Positions 39,147 to 49,309 of a stretch of 64,000 nucleotides of DNA are shown here, one piece after another. Made by a program: the position numbers and the translations under genes. Each line of letters opens with the position of its first letter. Positions within the stretch are counted from its first letter, which is position 1. Source of the stretch: an uncultured virus (IMG/VR IMGVR_UViG_3300005613_000038) (Duplodnaviria; Heunggongvirae; Uroviricota; Caudoviricetes). The notes beneath the pieces are model-generated. The model had not been told where the DNA came from, searched no databases, and worked only from the letters and a program-made list of their open reading frames with translations. The DNA lies in IMG/VR virus record IMGVR_UViG_3300005613_000038; one strand, written 5' to 3'.

Positions 39147-39773
39147 AGTATTTATGTGCGACCATGTTATATTTGAAACAATAAAAACATTTGAATTTAA
39201 AGATATTTGGATTATAATTGAAAAACATTATAAAAGATGTGATTGTTCTTATTGTCAAAAATTAAAATTTCCTATTGAGCTATGGTTTCCAAAAAGTAAA
39301 TCAAAACATGCTTGGCATACATTAGCAATTAAATTGTTTAATATTAAATTATATTTTAGATTATCTGGAATAGGAAAATAAAAAGATGAATAATGTAATT
39401 AAATGTCCACATTGTGGAAAAACATTTATACAATTTGACTTAGAAAATAATATATGTCCATTTTGTAAACGTAAAATAATTGATATGCCAGATTGTTTTA
39501 AAGATATATTTAAAGATATATTTAACATAGGAGATTAGAAAATGATAAATTTATTATTTTCAATATTAATACTAATAATTTTCGTTGTTGGTGGTATATG
39601 GTGTAAAAAACAAGAAAATATACAATGGAATAATGGCAGTTGTCTAAAATGTCATAAAGGCTTTTATAAATCGTTTGATATGGATTCATCTGGTGCAGTT
39701 GGTTATTCATGCACAAACTGTGGTGATACAACATGGCAATCACATAACACAAGATAATAAATAGGAGAAAATA

Positions 39774-40007
39774 ATGAACAATTCATATATTGAACAGATA
39801 CAATCTCTTGAAACTAAAATTCAAGAGAATAAAACTGAATTAACAAAACTTACAGAACGATTAGAAGTAAACAAAGAAGAGAAGAAGAATTTATTAGCAA
39901 AATTAAAAGAGTTAGATATTTCAGAAGATGATTTAGAAGATAAAATTGTTGATTTAGATATTGAACTAAGTGAAAAAATAGCAGAAATTGAGGAGCAATT
40001 GAAATGA
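39774..40007 (+). CDS. coiled-coil protein, probable middle piece of the split SbcC
   Basis: heptad pattern throughout; lies between the SbcC halves. Confidence 0.5.
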   Translation: MNNSYIEQIQSLETKIQENKTELTKLTERLEVNKEEKKNLLAKLKELDISEDDLEDKIVDLDIELSEKIAEIEEQLK

Positions 40008-40404
40008 TGATATTTAAAAGTAAAAAATATCCGTTTGGAAAGTATCAAATTTTACGTTTAACAGCAAAACATTGGAAGAGTTATTTTAATTTTAAAAAGA
40101 GTATCGGTTTTTGGAATCATCCAGAAATTCCATTAGGAGCATATGTAGATTGGACTTTAAGATTAATGTTTATTGAGATTAAAAAATGGCTTCCAGAATT
40201 GAAAAGGAATTAGAATGAAAGATTATGATCATTTTCACTTTAGTTTTATGACTAAAAATTATAAAGGAATTTTTGTGTCTTGGGGTAAACTATGGAAGGG
40301 AATTTATTGGCATTTTTCTACGTTTACAATTAGAACTTTTTTATGGGGAATAGATTGGTATTCAACTAAAGAGTTTAATAAATCATTAAAATTAGAAAAC
40401 GACT

Positions 40405-41088
40405 ATGAACTTAAATAATATAAAAGAATCAATTAAATCTTTAGAAGAGAATGTAAGCTCTCTCAAAGGGAAGGTAGATGTTTTTGAAGAACAATATCAA
40501 GAATCTACTGATAAACTTTCTGAATTAAAAAAATCTGAAATTTTAAATCTTAAATCTGTAGAATTATTAAATTTAGTTTCTAAAGCAACAAAAGAATTAA
40601 TTAAAAATATATTCGAAAAAATCACCACACATGCTTTACAGTATGTACATCAAAACAATGAGTATAATTTTTGTTTAGAATTTGGCAAACGTGGTCAACT
40701 TGATGAGATGAATCTGTGTATTAAAACACCTGAAATGCAAGAAGCACATAATATTTTAGAAACAAGAGGCGGTGGAAGTTGTGATATTATAAGTTTAGCA
40801 TTACGTTTAGTTTTATTAGAAGTATCGCATAATAAAGGATTTCTTTTTTTAGATGAGCCAGCTAAAATGCTTGATAACCCTGAAACAGTTGAGAAGATGA
40901 TAGAGTTTGTAAAAGAAACACAAAAAGACACAGATCGTCAAATTTTTTGGATAACACACAGAGATGAAGTTATTGATAGTGTTGATAATGTTATTATGAT
41001 TGAAAGTAAAAAAGAAGAAAAAAGAGTTATAGATACTAAACCAAAAAGAAAAAGAGGGAGACCAAAATCAAATGTTAAAGAAAATTAA
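40405..41088 (+). CDS. SbcC/Rad50/gp46-like ATPase, C-terminal half
   Basis: coiled coil, RGGG signature variant, FLFLDEP Walker B, ITH switch; tail KRKRGRPK. Confidence 0.85.
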   Translation: MNLNNIKESIKSLEENVSSLKGKVDVFEEQYQESTDKLSELKKSEILNLKSVELLNLVSKATKELIKNIFEKITTHALQYVHQNNEYNFCLEFGKRGQLDEMNLCIKTPEMQEAHNILETRGGGSCDIISLALRLVLLEVSHNKGFLFLDEPAKMLDNPETVEKMIEFVKETQKDTDRQIFWITHRDEVIDSVDNVIMIESKKEEKRVIDTKPKRKRGRPKSNVKEN

Positions 41089-41717
41089 ACAGTATTTTAT
41101 CAAAGTAAAACAATCAAAAACACAAAAAGTTGAATTGAAAAAAATGCAAAAATACTATGATTATCTTCGTGCAGGTGCTACATTTATTCAATTTATTAGA
41201 CAAGATTTAGTCAAAGGTCAATCTCAAATGAATCGTCATCAAAGACGAAAAATGCAAAAAACTCTTGTAAAGGGAGAATTAACCGATGAATTAATTCAGC
41301 ATTATTCAAAAGAAGTTGATAGAATTTTACAAGAAATAAACACAAGGTTAAATTCTTCAAAATCAATTGATGGTGCAAAAATGTACAATCAATTAAAGAA
41401 GAAGGAGAAATAAATAATGAAACATAAATATCAAATAAATGAAATTGTCTATGTTGTAGAAGAATATAGAGTGATTAAAAGTATTGTTGATTCTATTACA
41501 ATTGTTAAAGATATTAAAGGTGAACAATTAAGATATATTGTTTATCCATATAATCAAAAAAATAAAAACCCAAAAAAGAGACAATATGTTGAAGCATATT
41601 TAGTTTCAAATTTAGAAGTAGCAAGACAAAGTGCTTTAGCTAATTGGAGAACAATAACTCAACAAGTTGAAAAAGATTTACTTAATTTAAAAGATGAAGA
41701 TTTTGAACCGAGTGAAA

Positions 41718-42206
41718 ATGAAATCGCAACCAAATAGAAATTATAAAAGTAATGATAGAGTGATGACACCATTATCATTATGTAAACGAATAATTGATTA
41801 TTTTAATCCAGATGGTTTTATTTTAGAACCATGTAAAGGAACTGGAAATTTTTTAAAATATCTACCAAAAGAACGAACATTTTATTGTGAACAAGATGAA
41901 GGTAAACCATTTGAAGACTTTACCAAAAAAGTTAATTGGGTAATTACTAACCCACCTTGGTCTAAAATGAGATTATTTTTAAATTTATCATTTAAATGTG
42001 CTAATCATGTTGTTTTTGTAATGACAATTAATCATATTTTTACAAAAGCAAGAATTCGTGATATGAAAGAAAATAATTTTAATCTTAAAGAAATATTGTA
42101 TATTGATACCCCTAAAGAATTTCCACCGATGGGATTTCAATTAGGTGTTGTTCATTATGAACGAAATTATAAAGGTTCAACTATTATAAAAAATTTACCA
42201 GTTTAA
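41718..42206 (+). CDS. small amino (N6-adenine-type) DNA methyltransferase
   Basis: VMTP, LEPCKGTGNF, ITNPPW. Confidence 0.8.
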   Translation: MKSQPNRNYKSNDRVMTPLSLCKRIIDYFNPDGFILEPCKGTGNFLKYLPKERTFYCEQDEGKPFEDFTKKVNWVITNPPWSKMRLFLNLSFKCANHVVFVMTINHIFTKARIRDMKENNFNLKEILYIDTPKEFPPMGFQLGVVHYERNYKGSTIIKNLPV

Positions 42207-42209
42207 AGG

Positions 42210-43043
42210 ATGAAGATTTTGAATCAATTCAAACAAATACCAAATAGAGCAATTATTATAGGCGGTGGAGCCAGCATTAGAGAGCAAATGTGGAGTTTAT
42301 CTATTAATAAATTGCCAATTTGGAAAAATATTAAAGATGAATTTACAATAGGAACTAATTTTTCATTTGAATTTTTTAATTCAACTGTTTTAATGTATTC
42401 AGATTATCATTTCTATGGAGCTAATCAAAAAAAATTAAAAAATATTCCGTTAATTTTAGGAAAAGATGATGGTGCGTATCATAGAAAAAATGGTATTAAA
42501 ATTGATAATAATGTTATGTTTTTAAAAGAATGTGAAACAAAAAAATATAAAAAATGGGGAGCAAATAAAGCTGGTTTACATCCTTTTTATTGGGGAAAAG
42601 AAGCTTGGACGAGAGGGTTTTTTTCAAGTCAGTTGATCGGTATTAAAGCGTTGAATTTAGCAATTGCTTTAAATTGTAAAGATATTTATCTTTTAGGTTT
42701 CGACGCAACAGATATTAACGGACACACTCATTTTTATGATAATACTGATATTGGTAAATATACATGGGAAACTAATAAATACAATGGAACTGGTAAAAAT
42801 GAAAGAGGAAAATATAGAACAGGCAATTATAATAAAATTGAAGAATTAAATAAATTTTGGTTTCAGCCATTTGAACAAGAATTAAAAAATGGGATTAAAA
42901 TATATAATGTATCTTTACAATCAAAAATAGACACATTTCCAAAAATTTCATATAAAGAATTTTATAATAAGTTACAATATAATAAAATAAAAGTTAATCA
43001 TGAAGAAATTAGAAATAAAATACGAAAGAGATTAAAACAATGA
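42210..43043 (+). CDS. Maf/DUF115- or sialyltransferase-like nucleotide-sugar transferase
   Basis: AIIIGGGAS, IGTN, A..LA..L.C..IYLLGFD, HFY, IYN.S..S. Confidence 0.6.
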   Translation: MKILNQFKQIPNRAIIIGGGASIREQMWSLSINKLPIWKNIKDEFTIGTNFSFEFFNSTVLMYSDYHFYGANQKKLKNIPLILGKDDGAYHRKNGIKIDNNVMFLKECETKKYKKWGANKAGLHPFYWGKEAWTRGFFSSQLIGIKALNLAIALNCKDIYLLGFDATDINGHTHFYDNTDIGKYTWETNKYNGTGKNERGKYRTGNYNKIEELNKFWFQPFEQELKNGIKIYNVSLQSKIDTFPKISYKEFYNKLQYNKIKVNHEEIRNKIRKRLKQ

Positions 43044-43447
43044 CATCTATCAAAAAAATTTGGGGAGATTTAAATAATATTTTTAATAATGATAAATGTA
43101 AGATTGATGTTCTTTATTTACAAAAAAATACAGCCTGTAGTATTCATTATCATAAAAATAAAATTAATCGTTTCTGTCTTATTCGAGGTTCTGTTAAATT
43201 AAAAACTGATTTAGGCAATAAAGTTTTAAAGAAAAATGAAATCTTTGATATATCGCCGTATTTAACTCATCAATTTATTGCCTTAAAAAACTCTATTTTA
43301 ATTGAAATTGCTTTCGTTGAACAAGATAAATTAAAAGAATCTGATATTGTTCGAAAAGTTCAAGGTGGAAAGTTTATCAATGATAAATTTTATACTTTAG
43401 ATGAACTCAAGAAAGAAAATTGGAAAGAATATAAAGATTATAAATAA
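43040..43447 (+). CDS. cupin-fold protein (sugar isomerase-like)
   Basis: KIWG, SIHYH..K, HQF.A..IE. Confidence 0.75.
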   Translation: MTSIKKIWGDLNNIFNNDKCKIDVLYLQKNTACSIHYHKNKINRFCLIRGSVKLKTDLGNKVLKKNEIFDISPYLTHQFIALKNSILIEIAFVEQDKLKESDIVRKVQGGKFINDKFYTLDELKKENWKEYKDYK

Positions 43448-44052
43448 TGACAAATTTAGATAAATTAAAAAATTACATTAAAAACAAAAAATTATTAATT
43501 GTTGGTGGTTCTCCATCTGCTTCTAATAAATCGAAACAATGGTATGATTCATTTGATATTATTGTGAGATTAAATAATTATAAAAAAATTAACAGTGATA
43601 GAACAGATATTTTCTTTTCTTACTTTGGAAGAAATATTAAAAAAACTAAAGAAGAATTAATAAATGATGGTGTGAAATTTTTAATAAATAAATGCCCAAA
43701 TTTAGATATGACCAAATCTTTAAAAAATTATAATGTCGATATGACTGATTATAAATGGATTTATGATTTAAGAAAAGATTGGTGGTTTTGTCCTTTAATT
43801 TCTTTAACCGAAGAAGATTTATTATGGCAAATTAAATTATTAGATGGGTATATGCCAACAGTTGGATTATCCGCTATTTTGTTTTTTATGAATTATGTAA
43901 AGCCTATAAATATTATAGGATTTGATTGTTTTGAATCAAATATACATAACTTAGATGAACAATGGGATAAATCAGGAAATCATAATATTCAAAAAGAAAA
44001 AAAAATTCTTAATATATTTTCTAATAATAAAATAATAAATTGGAATAAATAA
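43447..44052 (+). CDS. GT29/sialyltransferase-like glycosyltransferase
   Basis: IVGGSPS..DSFD.IVRLNNY..RTD; PTVGL; IGFD; H...E. Confidence 0.65.
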   Translation: MTNLDKLKNYIKNKKLLIVGGSPSASNKSKQWYDSFDIIVRLNNYKKINSDRTDIFFSYFGRNIKKTKEELINDGVKFLINKCPNLDMTKSLKNYNVDMTDYKWIYDLRKDWWFCPLISLTEEDLLWQIKLLDGYMPTVGLSAILFFMNYVKPINIIGFDCFESNIHNLDEQWDKSGNHNIQKEKKILNIFSNNKIINWNK

Positions 44053-44053
44053 A

Positions 44054-45274
44054 ATGAAAAAAATTGAAATTAATAGTAAATTATATGAAAAAGTGTATAA
44101 AGAAATTCCTGATTATGGAAGAGCAGAATTTAATCATTGCCCAGGAATAAGATTATATCCACATTATAAACAATATCTTTCGGGAAAAATTATGGATTTA
44201 GGTTCTGGAACGGGTGAAACAGTTGAATTTTTTCGAAATAAAAAATTTGAAGCATATGGTTTAGATTGGATAAAACCAAAAAATATATTTTGTAAAAAAG
44301 CAAATATAACATTAAAAAATAAATTAGATAGATATGATGTAGTTACAAGTTTTGACACTATTGAACATTTAACCAATGCTCAAGTAAAAGCTTTATTTAC
44401 AAACATGACGGTGTGTGAAACACAAATTTTTACAATTGCGAATACTCCATCTATAGTTACTTTAAAAAATGGCGATAAAATTGATTTACATATTAATAAA
44501 AAATCATTTGATGTGTGGAGAGGTATTATTTTTGACTATTTTAATATTATTAATGAAATTTCCATTAAAGATTATCAACGATTATATATATGTAAAAAGA
44601 AAAAATCTACTGAAGAATATAATGAATATATAGCTGAACATTTAAGAAAAAACGGATATAAAGTAAAAAAATGGATAAAAGGATTACAACAAATTAATCT
44701 TAATTATTGGTATTATCCAGTTACCGATTTTGTTTATGATGAATCTTATGTAGAAAAATACAAAGAATATGCTGAAACAACAAGAGGCGAACAAATTTTA
44801 AATGCTCGATTAAATATATTAAAATCATATAAAAATCTTTTAGATATTGGAATTGGATCTGGTCATTTAATTGATAATAAAAAATATGCTAAAGGATATG
44901 ATGTTAATCCCATTGTTATTGAAAAATTAAAAAAAGAAAATAGATGGTGTGACCCATACAAAGAATCTTTAAAACACTTTGATGTAATTTCATTTTTTGA
45001 CAGTTTTGAACATATTCAATATCCAGAAAAAATATTAAATAGAATAACAAATCAAACAATTGTTATTGCCATTCCAATTTTTAATAATTATGAAAATCTT
45101 ATTCAATCTAAACATTTTCGACCAGATGAACATTTTCATTATTTTACTTTTTTAGGTTTTTTAAATTATATGAGAAATCATGGATTTATATGTGAAAATA
45201 TTTCAGATATTGAAATTCAATTAGGAAGAGAATCAATTTATACATTTGTTTTTAAACGAGGAAAAACAGAATGA
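44054..45274 (+). CDS. tandem double class I SAM methyltransferase
   Basis: two SAM motifs (MDLGSGTG, LDIGIGSG), each followed by a D..EH motif. Confidence 0.8.
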   Translation: MKKIEINSKLYEKVYKEIPDYGRAEFNHCPGIRLYPHYKQYLSGKIMDLGSGTGETVEFFRNKKFEAYGLDWIKPKNIFCKKANITLKNKLDRYDVVTSFDTIEHLTNAQVKALFTNMTVCETQIFTIANTPSIVTLKNGDKIDLHINKKSFDVWRGIIFDYFNIINEISIKDYQRLYICKKKKSTEEYNEYIAEHLRKNGYKVKKWIKGLQQINLNYWYYPVTDFVYDESYVEKYKEYAETTRGEQILNARLNILKSYKNLLDIGIGSGHLIDNKKYAKGYDVNPIVIEKLKKENRWCDPYKESLKHFDVISFFDSFEHIQYPEKILNRITNQTIVIAIPIFNNYENLIQSKHFRPDEHFHYFTFLGFLNYMRNHGFICENISDIEIQLGRESIYTFVFKRGKTE

Positions 45275-45912
45275 AAGTTGTTAAAGGGGCATCTGGTTTT
45301 GGTGATGCTATTTACATGAGAGTAATAATGGAATGGCTTTTAAAAAATAGACCAGATGAATATACTATTTTAACTAAATATCCAGATGTTTTTTCGAATT
45401 TGTCGATTAAAACAGAAAATTTTAATTCTAATCATTTAAAAATTGATTATAATTTTACGTATATTCACAATAAAACGAGTTCTTTTTCACAATTTGAGGA
45501 TTTAATAAGATATGGTAATTTATCAAACATTACATTAACAAGCGATTTAAAAAATAGAAAATTAACCAATACAATTTTAGTTATTAATCCATATGCTCCT
45601 ATGAACGGTGGTTCAATGGCAACAGAAATGAAGCCCAATCTTGAAGAATATATTAATTTTGTTTCAAATTATAATAATATTCAATTTATAAATAAAAAAT
45701 ATAAATTTAAAGATTTAATTGATATGTTTAATTCAGCTAAAGCAGTTATCAGTCAAGTGGGATGGGCTGTTCCTTTAGCAGAAATGCTTGATGTCCCATT
45801 AATTACTATATTTACGAAAAGAGCATTAAATAGTAAATATCAATTTATATCTACAATAAAACCACATAAGATTAAAACAAAGAAAACCACAATTATTAAA
45901 ATAATGGAATAA
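45271..45912 (+). CDS. GT9-like glycosyltransferase
   Basis: N-terminal GFGD; C-terminal AKAVIS..G...LA..LDVP.I.IF. Confidence 0.55.
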   Translation: MKVVKGASGFGDAIYMRVIMEWLLKNRPDEYTILTKYPDVFSNLSIKTENFNSNHLKIDYNFTYIHNKTSSFSQFEDLIRYGNLSNITLTSDLKNRKLTNTILVINPYAPMNGGSMATEMKPNLEEYINFVSNYNNIQFINKKYKFKDLIDMFNSAKAVISQVGWAVPLAEMLDVPLITIFTKRALNSKYQFISTIKPHKIKTKKTTIIKIME

Positions 45913-46374
45913 AGGTGAAAATATGAAAAATTATGATAGAAACGAAATTATCGCAAAATTGGCAAGAGATGGGTTTAAACCTGTTTATAAAAAAGGTTCA
46001 AGACAGATAACTCATTTTAAAAAACCAAAAAATCGAGTAATTGGTATTAAATATTTAGGATATTTGGATTTTCTTCAATTAAAAGCTGTTTAATGTAGGA
46101 GAAATATGAACGAAATACTGTTAAAACGTATATGTCATTTAATTGCAATGACTTATGCTATATCTAAAGAAGAGGTTTGGTTAATATATTTAAGAACAAA
46201 TTCTTTAGATGAAACATTAAAAATTATATCAGAATTAAAGTAAAAATCGCCCATATTTGCGTTGTATTGAACGATTATGCTTTAATCGAGTATTCTATCG
46301 ATTTTATCTTATATGTTTAGTCACGTTGACTATATCAAGCAAAATAAGCATATTATTTAACAAAAGGACATAAA

Positions 46375-47001
46375 ATGTTATATTATCTTATTGTTATTAT
46401 TTTTTCAGTTATTATACATGAATCTGGACATTTATTATCTGCGTTATATTTTAAAGTTAAAGTAAAAGCTTTTTCTGTGGGATTTGGTACAATTTTAATA
46501 CATAAAAAGTGGAAGAATATTGATTGGAGAATATCGTTATTACCTTTTGGTGGATATTGTGATATAGAAGAATCTATATATATTGAAAATAGTTTATCAA
46601 ATATATCTTATTTAAAACAAGTAATAATATTAATGGCTGGTGTTTTTTTAAATTTATTATTAGCGTGTATTTGTTATTTTATTCAATATAAATCTATATC
46701 AAAGGGTATAATAATCGATTTATATATTTTTAAATATATATTTTTAAAAGATTATAATTCAATAGCAATAATATTAAACACATTTAAAGCTAATATTTAT
46801 TTAGTTCAAATAAGTGTTTTAAATTTCTTTTTATTTTTAACAAATATATTGCCGATTCCCGCACTAGACGGTGGTTATTTATGGATGTTACCTTTAAGAA
46901 GAAAAATAGGCGAAATATTATTTAAACGTATTGTGTATACATTTTTTAGTTTATTAATGATAGCACAATTTATATTAATTTATTACTGGTGGATGTTATA
47001 A
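46375..47001 (+). CDS. site-2 protease (M50, RseP-like, no PDZ)
   Basis: HESGH, FSVGFG, LPFGGY, AGV..N, NILPIPALDGG. Confidence 0.92.
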   Translation: MLYYLIVIIFSVIIHESGHLLSALYFKVKVKAFSVGFGTILIHKKWKNIDWRISLLPFGGYCDIEESIYIENSLSNISYLKQVIILMAGVFLNLLLACICYFIQYKSISKGIIIDLYIFKYIFLKDYNSIAIILNTFKANIYLVQISVLNFFLFLTNILPIPALDGGYLWMLPLRRKIGEILFKRIVYTFFSLLMIAQFILIYYWWML

Positions 47002-47325
47002 TGTTTAAATGGTTTTTAACAACTAATTTATTTGTTTTTGCTGTTGGTATATTACAAACGTGTGGAGCATGGAAGTATTTAAAAGATGGTTCTGTTAAAT
47101 TTGCTCTTTTGTATTTTTTATATGCATTAACAAATTTTGTTATTTGGTGGTGTAAAGGAGAATAAATGGCAATTATAATTTTTAATATAGTTAGAATATT
47201 ATTTTTATTATTGTTTCTTTGGTGTTTAAAAATATGGTGGAATTTTAATAAAATAATAGCAATTGCTATTCCTTTAATAATCTGTCTTATGTTATATATA
47301 AGCACAATAGACTAAGGAGTATTAC

Positions 47326-47706
47326 ATGTACAAAATCATATATAGCGATGATACAGAATTTTTGGGAGGAAAGCCAACTCATTCATTATGGAATCAAATA
47401 AATGATAATAAAGCTATTAAAAAAATAGAATATTATATTGGTAATAAAGGTTATATTCTTAGTGGATTTGAAAAATATAATCATATTGTCAAACACGGGA
47501 TTCAAAGTGTTGGATGGAATGGGATAATATTTGTGTCTATTATGGGATTGTATAAAAGAAAGGTTTATCAGGTTATTTTTGACGTGTTAAAAAAGAAAAT
47601 TTATAAGAATGTTCGAGATTTTGGCAAAGAATATAATAATAAAGCTCATACAGGATGGAAACAAGGAATAATTTCAAATCAAAAACCTACCATACTTCCT
47701 CTTTAA
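47326..47706 (+). CDS. hypothetical protein, last gene of the + arm
   Basis: AAGGAG RBS; its stop overlaps the stop of the convergent - strand gene. Confidence 0.55.
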   Translation: MYKIIYSDDTEFLGGKPTHSLWNQINDNKAIKKIEYYIGNKGYILSGFEKYNHIVKHGIQSVGWNGIIFVSIMGLYKRKVYQVIFDVLKKKIYKNVRDFGKEYNNKAHTGWKQGIISNQKPTILPL

Positions 47707-49133
47707 ACAGCAGTTCCTTCCATATCATATGGTGTTGATGATATTCTAAATTGAGCTGTTCCATCAAGTGTTTTTTCTTTAGTTTCACTAGGATATACAT
47801 TTATTAAAGGTAAATCATTTGAAAATCTACATGTGATTGTATCATAATCAACATCTGATTCAAAAGAATTTAAATAATATCCATCTTGAAAAGAATATTT
47901 AGTTATTCTTTTTGCAATATATCCTGTTCTTTTAATACCTATTTGAGGATATCCATTAGTTTTAATTGATTGTGTTATCCAAGAAGAAAATGTTGTGTTT
48001 TTAGGAATATTATATTGAGCTGATAATGATGGATATACTGGTGGAAATGTATAACTAAACGCATTAATAAAAACAGCCATATTACTAGACGGACTAAAAA
48101 CATGTTCACAATATCCTTGAACTTTAGTATGTGATAATGTATGTGATAATGTATATTCAATTTCTACTGTTCCTTTAACATTATCTGTCCACGGCCAACC
48201 TCGTACTGATCCACCCCAAGGTTCTTCAAATTCATAAAATTGTTCATTATCAAATATTTGAGAATGTTCATAACTATAACTATAATTAAAATCATGTTCT
48301 GTTCTTGAAAATGTAAAAAATATTTCATATGTTTTTCCAGTTTCAATTGATATTAATCCAGTTTCTTGTGTCATATTATTCCAATGTGCATGAATATTAT
48401 AATCACCTGCTGGTAATATAGTTGGAATACAATGCGTCGCTTCATTTATAGGTATAATAGCATAATCTAAATAAATATTGGCATGGCCAATTGAAGTTCC
48501 ACCAATAATACTTCCAATTTCTAATCCTTCTGGATTATGAATATGAACAATAACTCCAGCAGGTTGTGGTAAAGATTCAAATTGAATAGATTTTGTATTA
48601 TTATCATTGTTTAATTCATCAATGATATATGTTGAATCAGCAGTGGCTATTAATGTTTTGGTTTCTTTGGGAAAAGGACTGTTTTTATCAAAGGAATATT
48701 GATGATGCAGAGTGGTTGTAGCATCTATTTCTAATGCAGGAATATCTAATGTCACATTTGATTCTTCATTACTTGGTATATTTACATTTAATTTACATGC
48801 AGTTGAAGAAGTAGTTCCTTGATTTTTCACAACAATAGCAAAATCAATATAATTTTCTCGTTCTTCTGGGGTAATGCTTTCAACAATTAAATCAGGAAGT
48901 AATTCTTCTGGCTCTGGTTCTTCTTCTGCTTGTCTTCTTGTTATTAACGCTGGTTGTAAATTTTGAATTGATAAATTTAATCTATTTAAACGATTTTGAA
49001 TTGTTTCAACTTCTTTTAAAACAAATTCAGTATTAGGCAAAACTTCAGTTCCAATTCGATTGATTAATTCACGAATTTTAGCTAATTTATTTTTAATTTG
49101 ATAATAATTTAATTTTAAAAAATCATTATACAT
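47703..49133 (-). CDS. virion/tail-associated protein with a CARDB-like Ig domain
   Basis: PDLIVESI..VKNQG..AD....IDE....NN CARDB pattern; N-terminal coiled coil. Confidence 0.65.
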   Translation of the reverse strand: MYNDFLKLNYYQIKNKLAKIRELINRIGTEVLPNTEFVLKEVETIQNRLNRLNLSIQNLQPALITRRQAEEEPEPEELLPDLIVESITPEERENYIDFAIVVKNQGTTSSTACKLNVNIPSNEESNVTLDIPALEIDATTTLHHQYSFDKNSPFPKETKTLIATADSTYIIDELNNDNNTKSIQFESLPQPAGVIVHIHNPEGLEIGSIIGGTSIGHANIYLDYAIIPINEATHCIPTILPAGDYNIHAHWNNMTQETGLISIETGKTYEIFFTFSRTEHDFNYSYSYEHSQIFDNEQFYEFEEPWGGSVRGWPWTDNVKGTVEIEYTLSHTLSHTKVQGYCEHVFSPSSNMAVFINAFSYTFPPVYPSLSAQYNIPKNTTFSSWITQSIKTNGYPQIGIKRTGYIAKRITKYSFQDGYYLNSFESDVDYDTITCRFSNDLPLINVYPSETKEKTLDGTAQFRISSTPYDMEGTAV

Positions 49134-49135
49134 AA

Positions 49136-49309
49136 TTATTCTTCATAAGTAGAATCGATATAATTTTGCATTCTATCAATTCGTGCATTAATTAATTTAA
49201 TTTCATCTAAAATTTGATTGTGAATAGCAATAAGATATTTCACATCTTCAAAATTAGTTTTTAATTTATTATTAATTTGTGTATAACTTTTTTGAACTGA
49301 TTTACTCAT
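49136..49309 (-). CDS. small coiled-coil protein (57 aa, below the ORF-track cutoff)
   Basis: MSKSVQKSY..YIDSTYEE* fills the gap between neighbours, with TAATG coupling to the upstream gene. Confidence 0.6.
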   Translation of the reverse strand: MSKSVQKSYTQINNKLKTNFEDVKYLIAIHNQILDEIKLINARIDRMQNYIDSTYEE

